NCBI GenBank assembly: GCA_013697295.1
Contig: JACCXF010000202.1
Coordinates: 4,027-68,026, forward strand
Length of the DNA stretch: 64,000 bases
From: Actinomycetota bacterium
GTDB taxonomy: Bacteria; Actinomycetota; CADDZG01; WHSQ01
Reading direction: 5' to 3'
Both the position numbers and the translations under genes were made by a program. Shown here piece after piece: positions 8,364-17,258 of the stretch; position 1 is the first letter of the stretch, and each line of letters begins with the position of its first letter. The notes below the pieces were generated by a model, which was not told the origin of the DNA, searched no databases, and worked only from the letters and a program-made list of their open reading frames with translations.

Positions 8364-9182
8364 TCAGAACGTGCCGAGATAAGCGTCGAGCAGGGGTTGG
8401 CCCAGCATCAACGCCAGAACGGTCCCCAGAGCCAGGAAGGGGCCGAAGGGGATCTCGGTCTTTCGGCCGCCCCCTCGCGTCACCAGGACCCCGATGCTGA
8501 TCACGCCGCCCAGCAGGAACGACAAGAACATCCCGACCAGGACGAGTCCGGGACCCTCGATGAAGCCGAGGAAGGTTCCGAGAACGAATCCAAGCTTCAC
8601 GTCACCCAGGCCCATCCCTTGGGGGTAGATGAAGGCAACGATGAAGAAGAATCCACCGAAGATGGCGGCGCCGATAGCCGCATCGAGTAGGCGACCGAGG
8701 TCTCCATCGATCACCGCGGCCGCAGCCAACCCCACCCAGCCGGCGACGAACAGCGGATACACGACGCGGTTGGGGAGGAGCTTGTGTCCCAGATCGATGA
8801 TCGTCAGCACGACCAACGTCCAGAAGAACGCCGCATAAGTTGCAGCCGTGACCCAACCCGAGACCGACGCGTCGTTGGCGGACACGACGAACTTGAAGGC
8901 GGCGAAGACGAAGAGGGCTCCAGTCGCCAGCTCGGTCAACGGATAGCGCGCGCCTATGGGGACCTTGCAATGCCTGCACTTCCCACGCAGCGCAACCCAG
9001 CTGATCACGGGGATGTTCTCGAGCGCCCCGATCTGATGGGCACACGCGGGACACTTGCTGCGCCCCGAGACGATGGTCTCCCGGCGCGGGATCCGATAAG
9101 AGGCCACGGTAGCGAAGCTCCCGAAGATGAGGCCCACTACGAACGCGGCGGCGAGGATGAAGGTTCCCACGAGGTTGTCCAT
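8364..9182 (-). CDS. prepilin peptidase (A24 family)
   Basis: N-terminal CPAC..CRHC zinc motif, polytopic membrane body, and GLGDVKL catalytic-Asp region. Start moved to ATG 9182 (SD AAGGA at 5 nt); the TTG at 9221 is the ORF maximum. Confidence 0.85.
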   Translation of the reverse strand: MDNLVGTFILAAAFVVGLIFGSFATVASYRIPRRETIVSGRSKCPACAHQIGALENIPVISWVALRGKCRHCKVPIGARYPLTELATGALFVFAAFKFVVSANDASVSGWVTAATYAAFFWTLVVLTIIDLGHKLLPNRVVYPLFVAGWVGLAAAAVIDGDLGRLLDAAIGAAIFGGFFFIVAFIYPQGMGLGDVKLGFVLGTFLGFIEGPGLVLVGMFLSFLLGGVISIGVLVTRGGGRKTEIPFGPFLALGTVLALMLGQPLLDAYLGTF

Positions 9183-9245
9183 GTTGTCCTTATCGGGTCG
9201 TTCGGGACCGAATTTGAGCAACCAACTCGAAATGAAGCCTGACGT

Positions 9246-9617
9246 CTACTCGGGGTCGCCGATGTGGTCCCGGATGCGGCCGAGCAGGGCCTCGGCCTCG
9301 AAGGGCTTCATGATCACGTTGTCGGGGCCGATGGCGTCGTCGAACATCTCGTGGGCGTCCGGCTTCCCCGTAACCACGACGATCGGGATCCCAGCGGTCG
9401 CGGGATGCTCTTGGATCTCCTCGAACATCCGATGCCCCGATACGTCGGGCATCATCAGGTCCAGCAGGATCAGGTCGGGTCTCTTGAACTCCGCTTTGGC
9501 CAGGCCCTCGAGGCCGTCTCGGGCCTCCATGACCTCATAACCCTGGGCTTCGAGGATGAATTTCTCGAGCTCGCGCACCGCTTCTTCGTCCTCGACTATC
9601 AGTATTGTTTTCGCCAT
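9246..9617 (-). CDS. single-domain response regulator (CheY-like receiver)
   Basis: 123 aa with ILIVEDEE..DLILLDLMMPDVSG..MKPF. Confidence 0.85.
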   Translation of the reverse strand: MAKTILIVEDEEAVRELEKFILEAQGYEVMEARDGLEGLAKAEFKRPDLILLDLMMPDVSGHRMFEEIQEHPATAGIPIVVVTGKPDAHEMFDDAIGPDNVIMKPFEAEALLGRIRDHIGDPE

Positions 9618-9666
9618 GGGTGAACCGTATCAATCCAATCTGCGTTTCTTCCGATACAGGTCGGAG

Positions 9667-9858
9667 ATGGACCTGACCGAGCTGGGGAAGCGTATCGAGC
9701 AGGGACGCTACTCCGTGCCGGCCGAATCGGTCGCGGAGGCCATGTTGCCGTGGCTCATTCCCACAGCCCCCGGACCGGCGAGCGAGGCGCCATCCGGCCC
9801 TTCACCGCGGCCACCATCGACACGACGTCCTTGGCAGCCCCCACGTCGTGAACCCTGA
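9667..9858 (+). CDS. candidate small protein with FlgM-like C-terminal motif
   Basis: MDLTELGKRIEQGRYSVPAESVAEAMLPWL resembles the anti-sigma-28 FlgM signature (I..G.Y.V.AE.IA..ML). The first 30 codons have very high GC3. The 3' third overlaps the folP end on the opposite strand. Confidence 0.3.
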   Translation: MDLTELGKRIEQGRYSVPAESVAEAMLPWLIPTAPGPASEAPSGPSPRPPSTRRPWQPPRREP

Positions 9859-10612
9859 CGACTGCCGCCCCCGCGTTCGCCGATAGCGCTACAAGGGCAA
9901 GGGTCCCAGACAGACGGTCGGGGGGTGGGAGGTCAAGGGTTTCGCCGACCACGTCCTTACGGGACGGGGCCACCAGGACCGGACCGGCAGGGCCCACCAG
10001 CTCGTCCAGCCTCCGCATCAGTTCCAGCGATTGATACGTGTTCTTGCCGAAGTCGAGGCCCGGATCGAACAGAAGCCCATCGGGCGACACCCCCGCGTCG
10101 CGAGCCAAGACGGTCAGTCGGTCCCATTCTTCGAGCACCGCGGCCACGACGTCTCCGTAGCGTGGGTTACGCGGGCGCCCTCGGATCTGGCCCCCGTGAT
10201 GCATGAGGACCAACGCTCCGCCCGCCGCAGCGCAAGCCGGCGCGAGGTCGGGATCGGCGAGTCCCGTCACGTCGTTCAATATCGATGCTCCCGCCCCCAA
10301 CGCGGCCCTGGCCACCTCCGGGCGGCCGGTCTCGATCGACAGCGGTACGCGCACCCGGCCCACGAGCGCTTCCACGAGCGGGAGGAGGCGTTCGGTCTCC
10401 TCCTCGGCCGACACCGCCGGCCCCGGCCCTGCCCGCACGCCGCCCAGGTCGAGGAGGTCGGCCCCCTGCTCCTGAAGCCCCAGCGCGAAGTCGATCGACG
10501 CGCGGAGGTCGAGCCGGCCACCATCGAAGAATGAATCCGGCGTCCGGTTGACGATCCCCATGACGAGGCACAGGTCGGTCTCGAGGATCCCGCCTGCGTG
10601 CCTGAGGATCAC
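9755..10612 (-). CDS. folP: dihydropteroate synthase
   Basis: MGIVNRTPDSFFDGG near the N-terminus, 285 aa. GTG start overlaps the upstream stop (GTGA). Confidence 0.9.
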   Translation of the reverse strand: MILRHAGGILETDLCLVMGIVNRTPDSFFDGGRLDLRASIDFALGLQEQGADLLDLGGVRAGPGPAVSAEEETERLLPLVEALVGRVRVPLSIETGRPEVARAALGAGASILNDVTGLADPDLAPACAAAGGALVLMHHGGQIRGRPRNPRYGDVVAAVLEEWDRLTVLARDAGVSPDGLLFDPGLDFGKNTYQSLELMRRLDELVGPAGPVLVAPSRKDVVGETLDLPPPDRLSGTLALVALSANAGAAVVRVHDVGAAKDVVSMVAAVKGRMAPRSPVRGLWE

Positions 10613-11523
10613 GGCTGGTCTACGGGGATCTGGCCCGGGCGTCTGGCCGTCGTCGATACGAGATAGATCCCGGCGAGGATGGCCGCCCCGCCCGGATATA
10701 CGAGCATCGAGGGGACCTCATCGAAGAGAACGAAGGCCAACGTGATCGCGAAGACGGGTTCCGCCATGATCGCCGCCGACACAGTGGTCGCATCGATGTC
10801 TTTGAGAACGAGGTTGATCACCGTGTGTCCCAGGAGCTGCGGCCCAACGACGATCCCCGCAAGAGCCCACCACGTGATCGACGGGTAGCCGATGAGGTCG
10901 ACACCCGCGGCCAGACACACGACCAGCAGCAACACGGCGGCGGCCGCGTAGGTCACGACCGCGTACTCCAGGATCCCCAGGGTCCGCCTGGCTACTCCCC
11001 CGGCGAGCACGTAACCTGCCGCCATCGCACCGCCCGCAAGAGCGAGCAGGTTACCGGCGAAGGACGTCCCTCCAAGGTCCACCCCGGCAACCACCGCCGA
11101 GCCGCCGAGAGCAATGACGATCCCCGTCCACCCCACCGCGGGCAACCGATCCTTGAATGCGAACCAGGCGATCAGCGCGACGAAGATCGGCGTCGTGGAG
11201 ACGAGAAGCACAGACGAAGCCACGGTCGTCAACTCGAGCGATCTGATCCAGGTCGCGAAGTGGACCGCGAGGAAGGCCCCCGCGATCACGGGCATCGTGA
11301 ACGCCGGTCGCTTCATGTCTCGCAATCCCGACCTCGCGAACGGAGCCAGGAGAAGCGCTCCGAGGACGCAGCGCCAGAAGGAGATGGCCAGGGCCTCCGC
11401 GCCCTCTGCGTACCGCACCAGGATGGCGGAGACCGAGGCGGCCACGACTCCGAGCGCGAGCAGGCTCCACGATGCCCACACGGGGCGGGACTCGATCCGA
11501 TCGGTTCCGGGGTCCGTCTTCAT
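10609..11523 (-). CDS. DMT superfamily transporter (EamA-type)
   Basis: 304 aa with about 10 hydrophobic segments in two halves, typical of EamA duplication. Confidence 0.75.
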   Translation of the reverse strand: MKTDPGTDRIESRPVWASWSLLALGVVAASVSAILVRYAEGAEALAISFWRCVLGALLLAPFARSGLRDMKRPAFTMPVIAGAFLAVHFATWIRSLELTTVASSVLLVSTTPIFVALIAWFAFKDRLPAVGWTGIVIALGGSAVVAGVDLGGTSFAGNLLALAGGAMAAGYVLAGGVARRTLGILEYAVVTYAAAAVLLLVVCLAAGVDLIGYPSITWWALAGIVVGPQLLGHTVINLVLKDIDATTVSAAIMAEPVFAITLAFVLFDEVPSMLVYPGGAAILAGIYLVSTTARRPGQIPVDQP

Positions 11524-11579
11524 GTGGTTCAGGGTAAGGGGGAGCGTGCCGGCCCCGGGTGTGGTGTATCAAGGTCGCC

Positions 11580-12002
11580 ATGGAGCACGAAGGACCGATC
11601 GTCGGCGTGGGCGCGGTGGTGATGCGAGAAGACAACCACCTACTCATGGTGCGGCGCGGGAAGGAACCGGCCAAAGGTCTCTGGTCCCTCCCGGGGGGGC
11701 GACTCGAACACGGTGAGTACATCGCCGGAGCCGTCGCTCGCGAAGTAAAGGAGGAGACGGCTCTCGAGGTCGAGGTAGGACGTCTCGCCGGGATCTTCGA
11801 GGTCCCCGGCGACCAGCACTACGTCATCCTCGACTTCATCGCGGAGGTCGAGGGCCGCCCCGAGCCGCGAGCGGGTCAGGATGCGGACGAGGCACGATGG
11901 GTCGCGTTCGATGACATCGAGAAGCTCGAATGCACCCCGCGTTTGGTCGAGACCCTGACCGCCTGGAGCGTTCTGGCGTCAGCAGGTGAAGAGAGCGACT
12001 GA
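11580..12002 (+). CDS. NUDIX hydrolase
   Basis: Nudix box GGRLEHGEYIAGAVAREVKEETAL. Start set at ATG 11580 (AAGG at 6 nt upstream); the GTG at 11559 is the ORF maximum. 3' end overlaps the kinase gene convergently. Confidence 0.8.
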   Translation: MEHEGPIVGVGAVVMREDNHLLMVRRGKEPAKGLWSLPGGRLEHGEYIAGAVAREVKEETALEVEVGRLAGIFEVPGDQHYVILDFIAEVEGRPEPRAGQDADEARWVAFDDIEKLECTPRLVETLTAWSVLASAGEESD

Positions 12003-13808
12003 CTGGTTCTCTCTCGTGGTCGTCCCGGCGATCGGATCGGTCTCGACCACTGTCTTCCCGCCGTCGCACGATGCAACCTCCTGACCACTTAGCCCGACGG
12101 CCGAGAGCTTCTCGATCGCGCTGTCGAGAGACAGACCGCGAACGTCCGGAACCTTGACCTTCTCGAACTCGGGCCCCAATGAAACCTGAACCTCGATGTC
12201 GCTTCCCCGCGGAGTCATGGCGCCCGCAGTGGGGTTCATGGCCAGTACCTGACCAGGCGGGATGTCGTCCGAATAGACGTCGAGGACGACCGCAGTGAAG
12301 CCGGCTTTCTCGAGCGCGGCCGTGGCTTCCTCCTCAGTGCCTCCGATGACGTCGGGCACCGCGACGGGGCGCGGCCCTCTACTGACCACGAAACTCACCT
12401 CGCTGCCCCACGTCAGTTGCCCCTGGGCGGGGATCTGACGGAAAACAACGCCGGCGTCGTGCGGTGAGTAGCGCTCGAGCGGAGGCCCGAGCTCGAAACC
12501 TGCGGAGGTGAGACGACGTTCGGCGGCACGGGGTGCCATGCCGGCGACCGAAGGAACGTCCTTCAATGGAGGACCCTTCGATATCGATAGCCGGATCGTG
12601 TCCCCCTCCTCGACCCGTCCCGCTTCCGGACTCTGGCCCACGACCTCGCCCTTGGGAACGCTGAACCTCACAAGGCGTCGCTCGATCCGAATACCCAGAC
12701 CAAGCTCTTCGGCGCGCTTCTCGGCGCTCACCTTCGGCAGACCGACCAACTGGGGCACGCGCACCGGGTCCTGTCCCAGACCCACCGCACTCAACCCACC
12801 GAAGAGAAGCGCGCCCAGAAGACCGAGCACGGCCACGGCGCGCAACAAGCGAAGCCGCGATCGCCGCGTGCGCCTGGGCCGCTCAGCGAACGAGGTCGGG
12901 TGCATGTCCCCGAAGCCCACCTCGCCGGTCAGGTCGCGCAACAGGTGCTCCAGCGGTTCCGAATCGGGCAGCGACCGTATAGACACTCGTCGCAGTGCCG
13001 CCCCCATCTCCGAGGCGGTGAAGAAACGATCGAGGGGATCGAGGGCGCAGGCACGCAGAACGACGTCGTCGACCTCTGCCGGAACGGATGCATCGAAGGC
13101 GGAAGGAGGCGGAACGTCCTCCACCGCTCTCCGGTTCAACATCTGCGAGCCCGCTCCGAGAAGAGGAGGTTGGCCGGTCAACAGCTCGGAGAGGACCGCT
13201 CCCGCAGCCCAGATGTCGGAGGAGTAGGTGGCCTCATGCCCCCGAGCCTGCTCCGGCGAGAGGTACCGAAGGGTCCCTGGGATACCGCCGCCGGGCATCG
13301 AGCGATCCGCATCCGCCACCACCGCGATGCCGAAGTCCGCGACCTTGATCTTCCCATCGCGCGCGATGAGGACGTTCTCCGGCTTGATGTCTCGATGGAC
13401 CAGACCCTGATCGTGCGACTCGGATAGCGCGTCGCACACGTGCGCCATGATCTCCACGGACTGCGCCGGGCTCAACGAGCCGCGAGCCACCAGTAGGTCG
13501 CGCAGATCGGATCCGGAAACGTATTCCATGACCATGTAGTAGGTGTGCTCGTCCTCCTGCCCCCAGTCGTATACGGCCACGACGTTGGGATGTGACAGGC
13601 GCGCTGCCGCTCGCGCCTCGGCCTTGAAACGCTCCACCAGCAGCGGGTCGGTCGCGAGGGATGGTTGGAGGACCTTGACCGCCACGGGTCGATCGAGCAG
13701 CAGGTCGTGGCCCCGGTAGACCTCGCCCATCCCACCGCCGGCCAGCCTGCTCACGAGGTGATAGCGACCCGAGAAAGTGGTTCCCACGAGATCCCTCATC
13801 AGACGCAT
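11979..13808 (-). CDS. pknB: Ser/Thr protein kinase with four PASTA repeats (PknB-like)
   Basis: Kinase motifs VAVKVL, HRDIKPENVLI and DFGIA, then a transmembrane segment, then four PASTA-like units (VPQLVGL.., VPSVAGM.., VPDVIGG.., VPDVRGL..). Confidence 0.9.
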   Translation of the reverse strand: MRLMRDLVGTTFSGRYHLVSRLAGGGMGEVYRGHDLLLDRPVAVKVLQPSLATDPLLVERFKAEARAAARLSHPNVVAVYDWGQEDEHTYYMVMEYVSGSDLRDLLVARGSLSPAQSVEIMAHVCDALSESHDQGLVHRDIKPENVLIARDGKIKVADFGIAVVADADRSMPGGGIPGTLRYLSPEQARGHEATYSSDIWAAGAVLSELLTGQPPLLGAGSQMLNRRAVEDVPPPSAFDASVPAEVDDVVLRACALDPLDRFFTASEMGAALRRVSIRSLPDSEPLEHLLRDLTGEVGFGDMHPTSFAERPRRTRRSRLRLLRAVAVLGLLGALLFGGLSAVGLGQDPVRVPQLVGLPKVSAEKRAEELGLGIRIERRLVRFSVPKGEVVGQSPEAGRVEEGDTIRLSISKGPPLKDVPSVAGMAPRAAERRLTSAGFELGPPLERYSPHDAGVVFRQIPAQGQLTWGSEVSFVVSRGPRPVAVPDVIGGTEEEATAALEKAGFTAVVLDVYSDDIPPGQVLAMNPTAGAMTPRGSDIEVQVSLGPEFEKVKVPDVRGLSLDSAIEKLSAVGLSGQEVASCDGGKTVVETDPIAGTTTRENQSVALFTC

Positions 13809-14219
13809 CTATCCGCCTCCGTTCGAGTTCCGCAGGTGATAGTCGAATCGTTCCTCCAGGACCGACAGGTCCCGAGCGATGGAACCGATCTGAGCGACGG
13901 CCGAGTCGGCGCTGGCTGCGGCTGAATCAGTCGATTCACGCACCGACGCAAGCGCCTCACCGACGCGGCCGGCGAGGTCGCCGATCCTCGCCTTGAATCT
14001 GGCGGCCATGCGCTGACGAGAGCGTTCCTGAGTGACACGCTCCGATTCGAGCTCGTCGACTCGCCGGGCCAGGGCCCGCACCTCGTCGATCGCGGCCACC
14101 GTCTCGGCTCGGGCTTCCGCTAGGGCCGCATCTCCGCGACCCGAGCTCGCGTCGGACCCGCACGCCGTGAGCACGGCGAGCGAGACGACGAGTGCTATCG
14201 CCCGGCTGGTCAGCGGCAT
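13809..14219 (-). CDS. coiled-coil lipoprotein
   Basis: Start at ATG 14219 (SD AGGAGGG). Signal peptide plus lipobox (LAVLTAC); the remainder is Ala/Arg/Glu-rich and helical. Its stop abuts the kinase ATG. Confidence 0.6.
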   Translation of the reverse strand: MPLTSRAIALVVSLAVLTACGSDASSGRGDAALAEARAETVAAIDEVRALARRVDELESERVTQERSRQRMAARFKARIGDLAGRVGEALASVRESTDSAAASADSAVAQIGSIARDLSVLEERFDYHLRNSNGGG

Positions 14220-14304
14220 GCGCGCCCTCCTGGGGCCCCCGGTTACTTCACACAAGATAACAGGAGTAACACTAGTTGACAGGAGTTTCAGAGGCAAACC
14301 GGGA

Positions 14305-14967
14305 TCAGATGGCTACATGGGCGACCAGCGGAACGTGGTCGGATGCGTCTCCGGGGACCGTCCAGGTACGCAGGACCCGGGCGCCCCCTCCGGCGAGCAC
14401 GTGATCTATGCGCCGGCTCCCCAGCCGGGAACGCACCGTGGGGGCCCGGCCCGGTCCGGTATCGAGGCCGTCCCGGCCCAGTGGTCGCAGCTCGCGGTGG
14501 GATGCGTTCAGGTCGCCGAGCACGACGACCGGGCCGTTCGAGGGCGAGGCGAGCTCGACAAGCGCGGGGAGCTGAAGCCGCCGGGCGGCACGTTGCGTGG
14601 CCAGGTGGACGCCGACCACACCTATCCCTCGCCACGACGTCAGGATGGCGCCTCGCTCCTCTTCGTCGCCCTCGCGAGGGAGGGTTCGCAGGTCCACCTC
14701 GAGGTCATCGGTTGCCGCCAGCGCGATCCCGTACTCGCCTCCACCTCTTCGCACCGTGGGGCGAAAGTGGACGCGAAGGCCCGTGAGCTCTGCGAGGATC
14801 GCCGGTTGATCGAGGTGGTCCGAGCGCCGGAAGTTGCGATCGAGCTCCTGAAGAGCGATCATCTCCGCCCCGGTCGCCAGTATGGCGGCGGCGGTGCGCT
14901 CGAGGTCAAGGCGCCCGTCGGAACCCTCCCCGTGATGGATGTTGAACGTCGCGATCGTCAGCTCCAT
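14305..14967 (-). CDS. endonuclease/exonuclease/phosphatase (EEP) family protein
   Basis: 220 aa with N-terminal IATFNIHHGEG and C-terminal SDHVPLVA, typical of the EEP fold. Confidence 0.75.
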   Translation of the reverse strand: MELTIATFNIHHGEGSDGRLDLERTAAAILATGAEMIALQELDRNFRRSDHLDQPAILAELTGLRVHFRPTVRRGGGEYGIALAATDDLEVDLRTLPREGDEEERGAILTSWRGIGVVGVHLATQRAARRLQLPALVELASPSNGPVVVLGDLNASHRELRPLGRDGLDTGPGRAPTVRSRLGSRRIDHVLAGGGARVLRTWTVPGDASDHVPLVAHVAI

Positions 14968-15011
14968 AGCGCCATAGATTACGGGGCGCCTGTGCGACGA
15001 TTGGTCTCATC

Positions 15012-15896
15012 GTGAGCACACAACCGCCCGAAACACCCCAGAGCGCCGTGGGAGAGGTCGAGGAGACCTTCTGCTACGGCCATCCGGACACCCCGACGAA
15101 GTTGAGGTGCAGCCGGTGCGATCGTCCCATCTGCGGACGGTGCGCGATCCCCGCCTCGGTCGGCCAGCACTGCCCTGAGTGCGTGGCCGAAGCCCGCAAG
15201 GGTCAACGGTCGGTCAAGTCTGCCCTTCGAGCGACCGCACCCGCGGTCATGACGATCATCGTCATCAACGTGGCGGTGTTCATCGCCCAGAACCTGGTCC
15301 ACGGATTGACCACCGACTTCGCTTCGTTCCCCATCGCGATCGCGAACGGGGAATGGTGGCGGCTGCTCACCCCGATGTTCTTGCATTCAACCGGCTTCAT
15401 CTTTCACATCTTGATGAACATGTACGTCCTGTACATCTTCGGGCCCCAGGTCGAGGAGGCATTCGGAACGGCCCGCTTCGTCGTGATGTATCTGGTGGCG
15501 GGTTTCTTCGCCTCGGCAGCGTCGTACGCGCTGGGGCCGTGCAGTGTCTTCGGCGTCGGGGCGTCCGGCGCGATCTTCGGAGTCGTCGGGGTCCTCTTGA
15601 TCTTTCTCTACCGGCGACGGTCGTCCCAATTCGTCGCCGGATATCTGCGACAACTCCTGTTCTTCGTCGGGATCAACGCGGTCTTGGGGTTCGCGATCGC
15701 CAACATCGACATGTGGGCGCACGCCGGCGGCCTCCTCGCGGGCGTCATGCTGGGAGCGGGCTTTGATCGGGGCGGGTCTCCTCAGCGGACGAGGACGGCG
15801 CAGATCGTGACGACGCTCGGCGTGATCGGGCTCGGATTGGCGTTCGTCGCATACCGGACGGCCACGTTCGCGTCCTCCTGCCAGCCTTTCGGCTAG
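15012..15896 (+). CDS. rhomboid intramembrane serine protease with N-terminal Cys-rich zinc finger
   Basis: CYGHP..CSRCDRPICGRC..CPEC, then a rhomboid core with GASGAIFG (catalytic Ser) and WAHAGG (His). Confidence 0.85.
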   Translation: MSTQPPETPQSAVGEVEETFCYGHPDTPTKLRCSRCDRPICGRCAIPASVGQHCPECVAEARKGQRSVKSALRATAPAVMTIIVINVAVFIAQNLVHGLTTDFASFPIAIANGEWWRLLTPMFLHSTGFIFHILMNMYVLYIFGPQVEEAFGTARFVVMYLVAGFFASAASYALGPCSVFGVGASGAIFGVVGVLLIFLYRRRSSQFVAGYLRQLLFFVGINAVLGFAIANIDMWAHAGGLLAGVMLGAGFDRGGSPQRTRTAQIVTTLGVIGLGLAFVAYRTATFASSCQPFG

Positions 15897-16729
15897 GACT
15901 CCACCTCCACTATCCCCGCCTTGATCACCGCTATCCCGTCGGAGTTGTAGGTCTCGAACCCGTAGGTCGTCGCTTCACCGGCGCCAGCCTCGGGCCAGAA
16001 CTTGGTCGTCAGCTCCTGGCCGGGGCGAACCGGTTTCGAAAAACGCACGGCGACGCGGCGCACCCTGCTCGGGTCGCCCCCGGCGAGTCCGTCCACCGCT
16101 CCCTGCGTCGCCAACGCCATCGTGCACATGCCATGCAGGATGATCCCCGGGAGTCCGGCCATACGGGCGGTGGCCTCGTCGAGATGGATGGGATTGTGGT
16201 CGCCAGAGGCCTCTGCATAACGGTGCGTCTGGTCTTCGTCTACCTTCGTCGTCGCTTCATGCTCGATGCTCCGCTCGGCCTCGTCGCTAAGAGCCGCGGC
16301 TGGACGAGGCCCGCTTCCGGAGCCCCGGATGAACATGGTCCCGCGCACTTCGGCGACCGGCGTTCCGTGCTGGTTGGTCTCCGTGGACTTCACCGTGAAG
16401 GTTTCGCCGGTGTCCTTCTTGTCCACCGATTCGAGAACCGTGGAGATCGTCAGCGTGTCCCCCGGTTGGATCGCCTCGTACAGAACGTGCTCCTCGGCTC
16501 CGTGTACGAGTCGCAGAAGGTCCGCCTCAAGATCCGGATCCATCGCAGCGGCCATGAACGAGTCGAACGCCGGCACGATCGGGAATATCGGCGAGGCGAC
16601 AACGTCCGTCGAGAGGTATCTCTCGTTGAGATCGTTGGTCGCCCGCGCGAACTTCTCGATGGCTTCGGCGGTCACCTCGTAAGTCTTCGACCCGTAGTCC
16701 TTGCCGGCGAGGTCGGCATTCAGCCCCAC
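15893..16729 (-). CDS. MaoC-like double hotdog (R)-hydratase
   Basis: 278 aa in two hotdog halves; the second carries the hydratase-type motif (SGDHNPIHLDEATA). GTG start is preceded by AAAGGGGA. Confidence 0.75.
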   Translation of the reverse strand: MGLNADLAGKDYGSKTYEVTAEAIEKFARATNDLNERYLSTDVVASPIFPIVPAFDSFMAAAMDPDLEADLLRLVHGAEEHVLYEAIQPGDTLTISTVLESVDKKDTGETFTVKSTETNQHGTPVAEVRGTMFIRGSGSGPRPAAALSDEAERSIEHEATTKVDEDQTHRYAEASGDHNPIHLDEATARMAGLPGIILHGMCTMALATQGAVDGLAGGDPSRVRRVAVRFSKPVRPGQELTTKFWPEAGAGEATTYGFETYNSDGIAVIKAGIVEVES

Positions 16730-16749
16730 TAAGTTCCCCTTTTCTCTAC

Positions 16750-16770
16750 GCGATCGTCGAGACGATCGCT
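16750..16770. repeat. dispersed palindromic element, copy A (GCGATCGTC-GA-GACGATCGC)
   Basis: 9-bp perfect arms with a 2-nt centre, in the 62-bp gap between two hotdog genes. Same sequence as 54402-54422 and (inverted) 19032-19053. Confidence 0.8.
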
Positions 16771-16791
16771 CCCGCTTTTCAACTCCTTGCG

Positions 16792-17244
16792 TTATTCCGG
16801 TAGTTCTACGTCTGCTTCGGCGACGATCGCCATCTCTTCGGCTGGGAGGTCGAGCCCCTCTGGACCCGAGCCACGGCGATGCACCTCGAGCGTCGTTTTC
16901 ACGATGCCGTCCTCGATCGAGACCACATGGGCGCGGCAGACGAGCTCATCGCCGGGCCACACGCGCGTCGTGAAACGAACCTTGAAGCGCCGGAGGTTCT
17001 GGGGACCTCCGAACCAATCCGTCACCGCGTGCGCAAGGTAGCCGGCCGGCAACATCCCCATTGCGAAGACCGTGGGCGCGCCCGTCCTGCGGGCGTAGCT
17101 CTCGTCCGTGTGGATCGGGTTGAAGTCACCCGAGGCTCCCGCGTACCTCACGAAGTCGACCTTCTCGAGGGGACCGAAGACGACCTCGCCGAACTCCTGA
17201 CCCGGAGTGATCCCCTCCATCGTGATGGTCTCGGGCGTGCCCAT
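16792..17244 (-). CDS. MaoC family dehydratase (hotdog)
   Basis: 150 aa with SGDFNPIHTDESYA hydratase motif. Confidence 0.8.
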   Translation of the reverse strand: MGTPETITMEGITPGQEFGEVVFGPLEKVDFVRYAGASGDFNPIHTDESYARRTGAPTVFAMGMLPAGYLAHAVTDWFGGPQNLRRFKVRFTTRVWPGDELVCRAHVVSIEDGIVKTTLEVHRRGSGPEGLDLPAEEMAIVAEADVELPE

Positions 17245-17258
17245 CAGCGCTCCTCCAT

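Noticed and set aside
14240-14300. Possible promoter (TTGCCT-17 nt-TAGTGT on the minus strand) for the lipoprotein-pknB pair. A similar guess was made upstream of the basic repeat protein.
   Set aside because: Hexamer matches this weak are common by chance, and actinobacterial promoters are poorly defined by -35 elements. They are not reported as features without transcript-start data.
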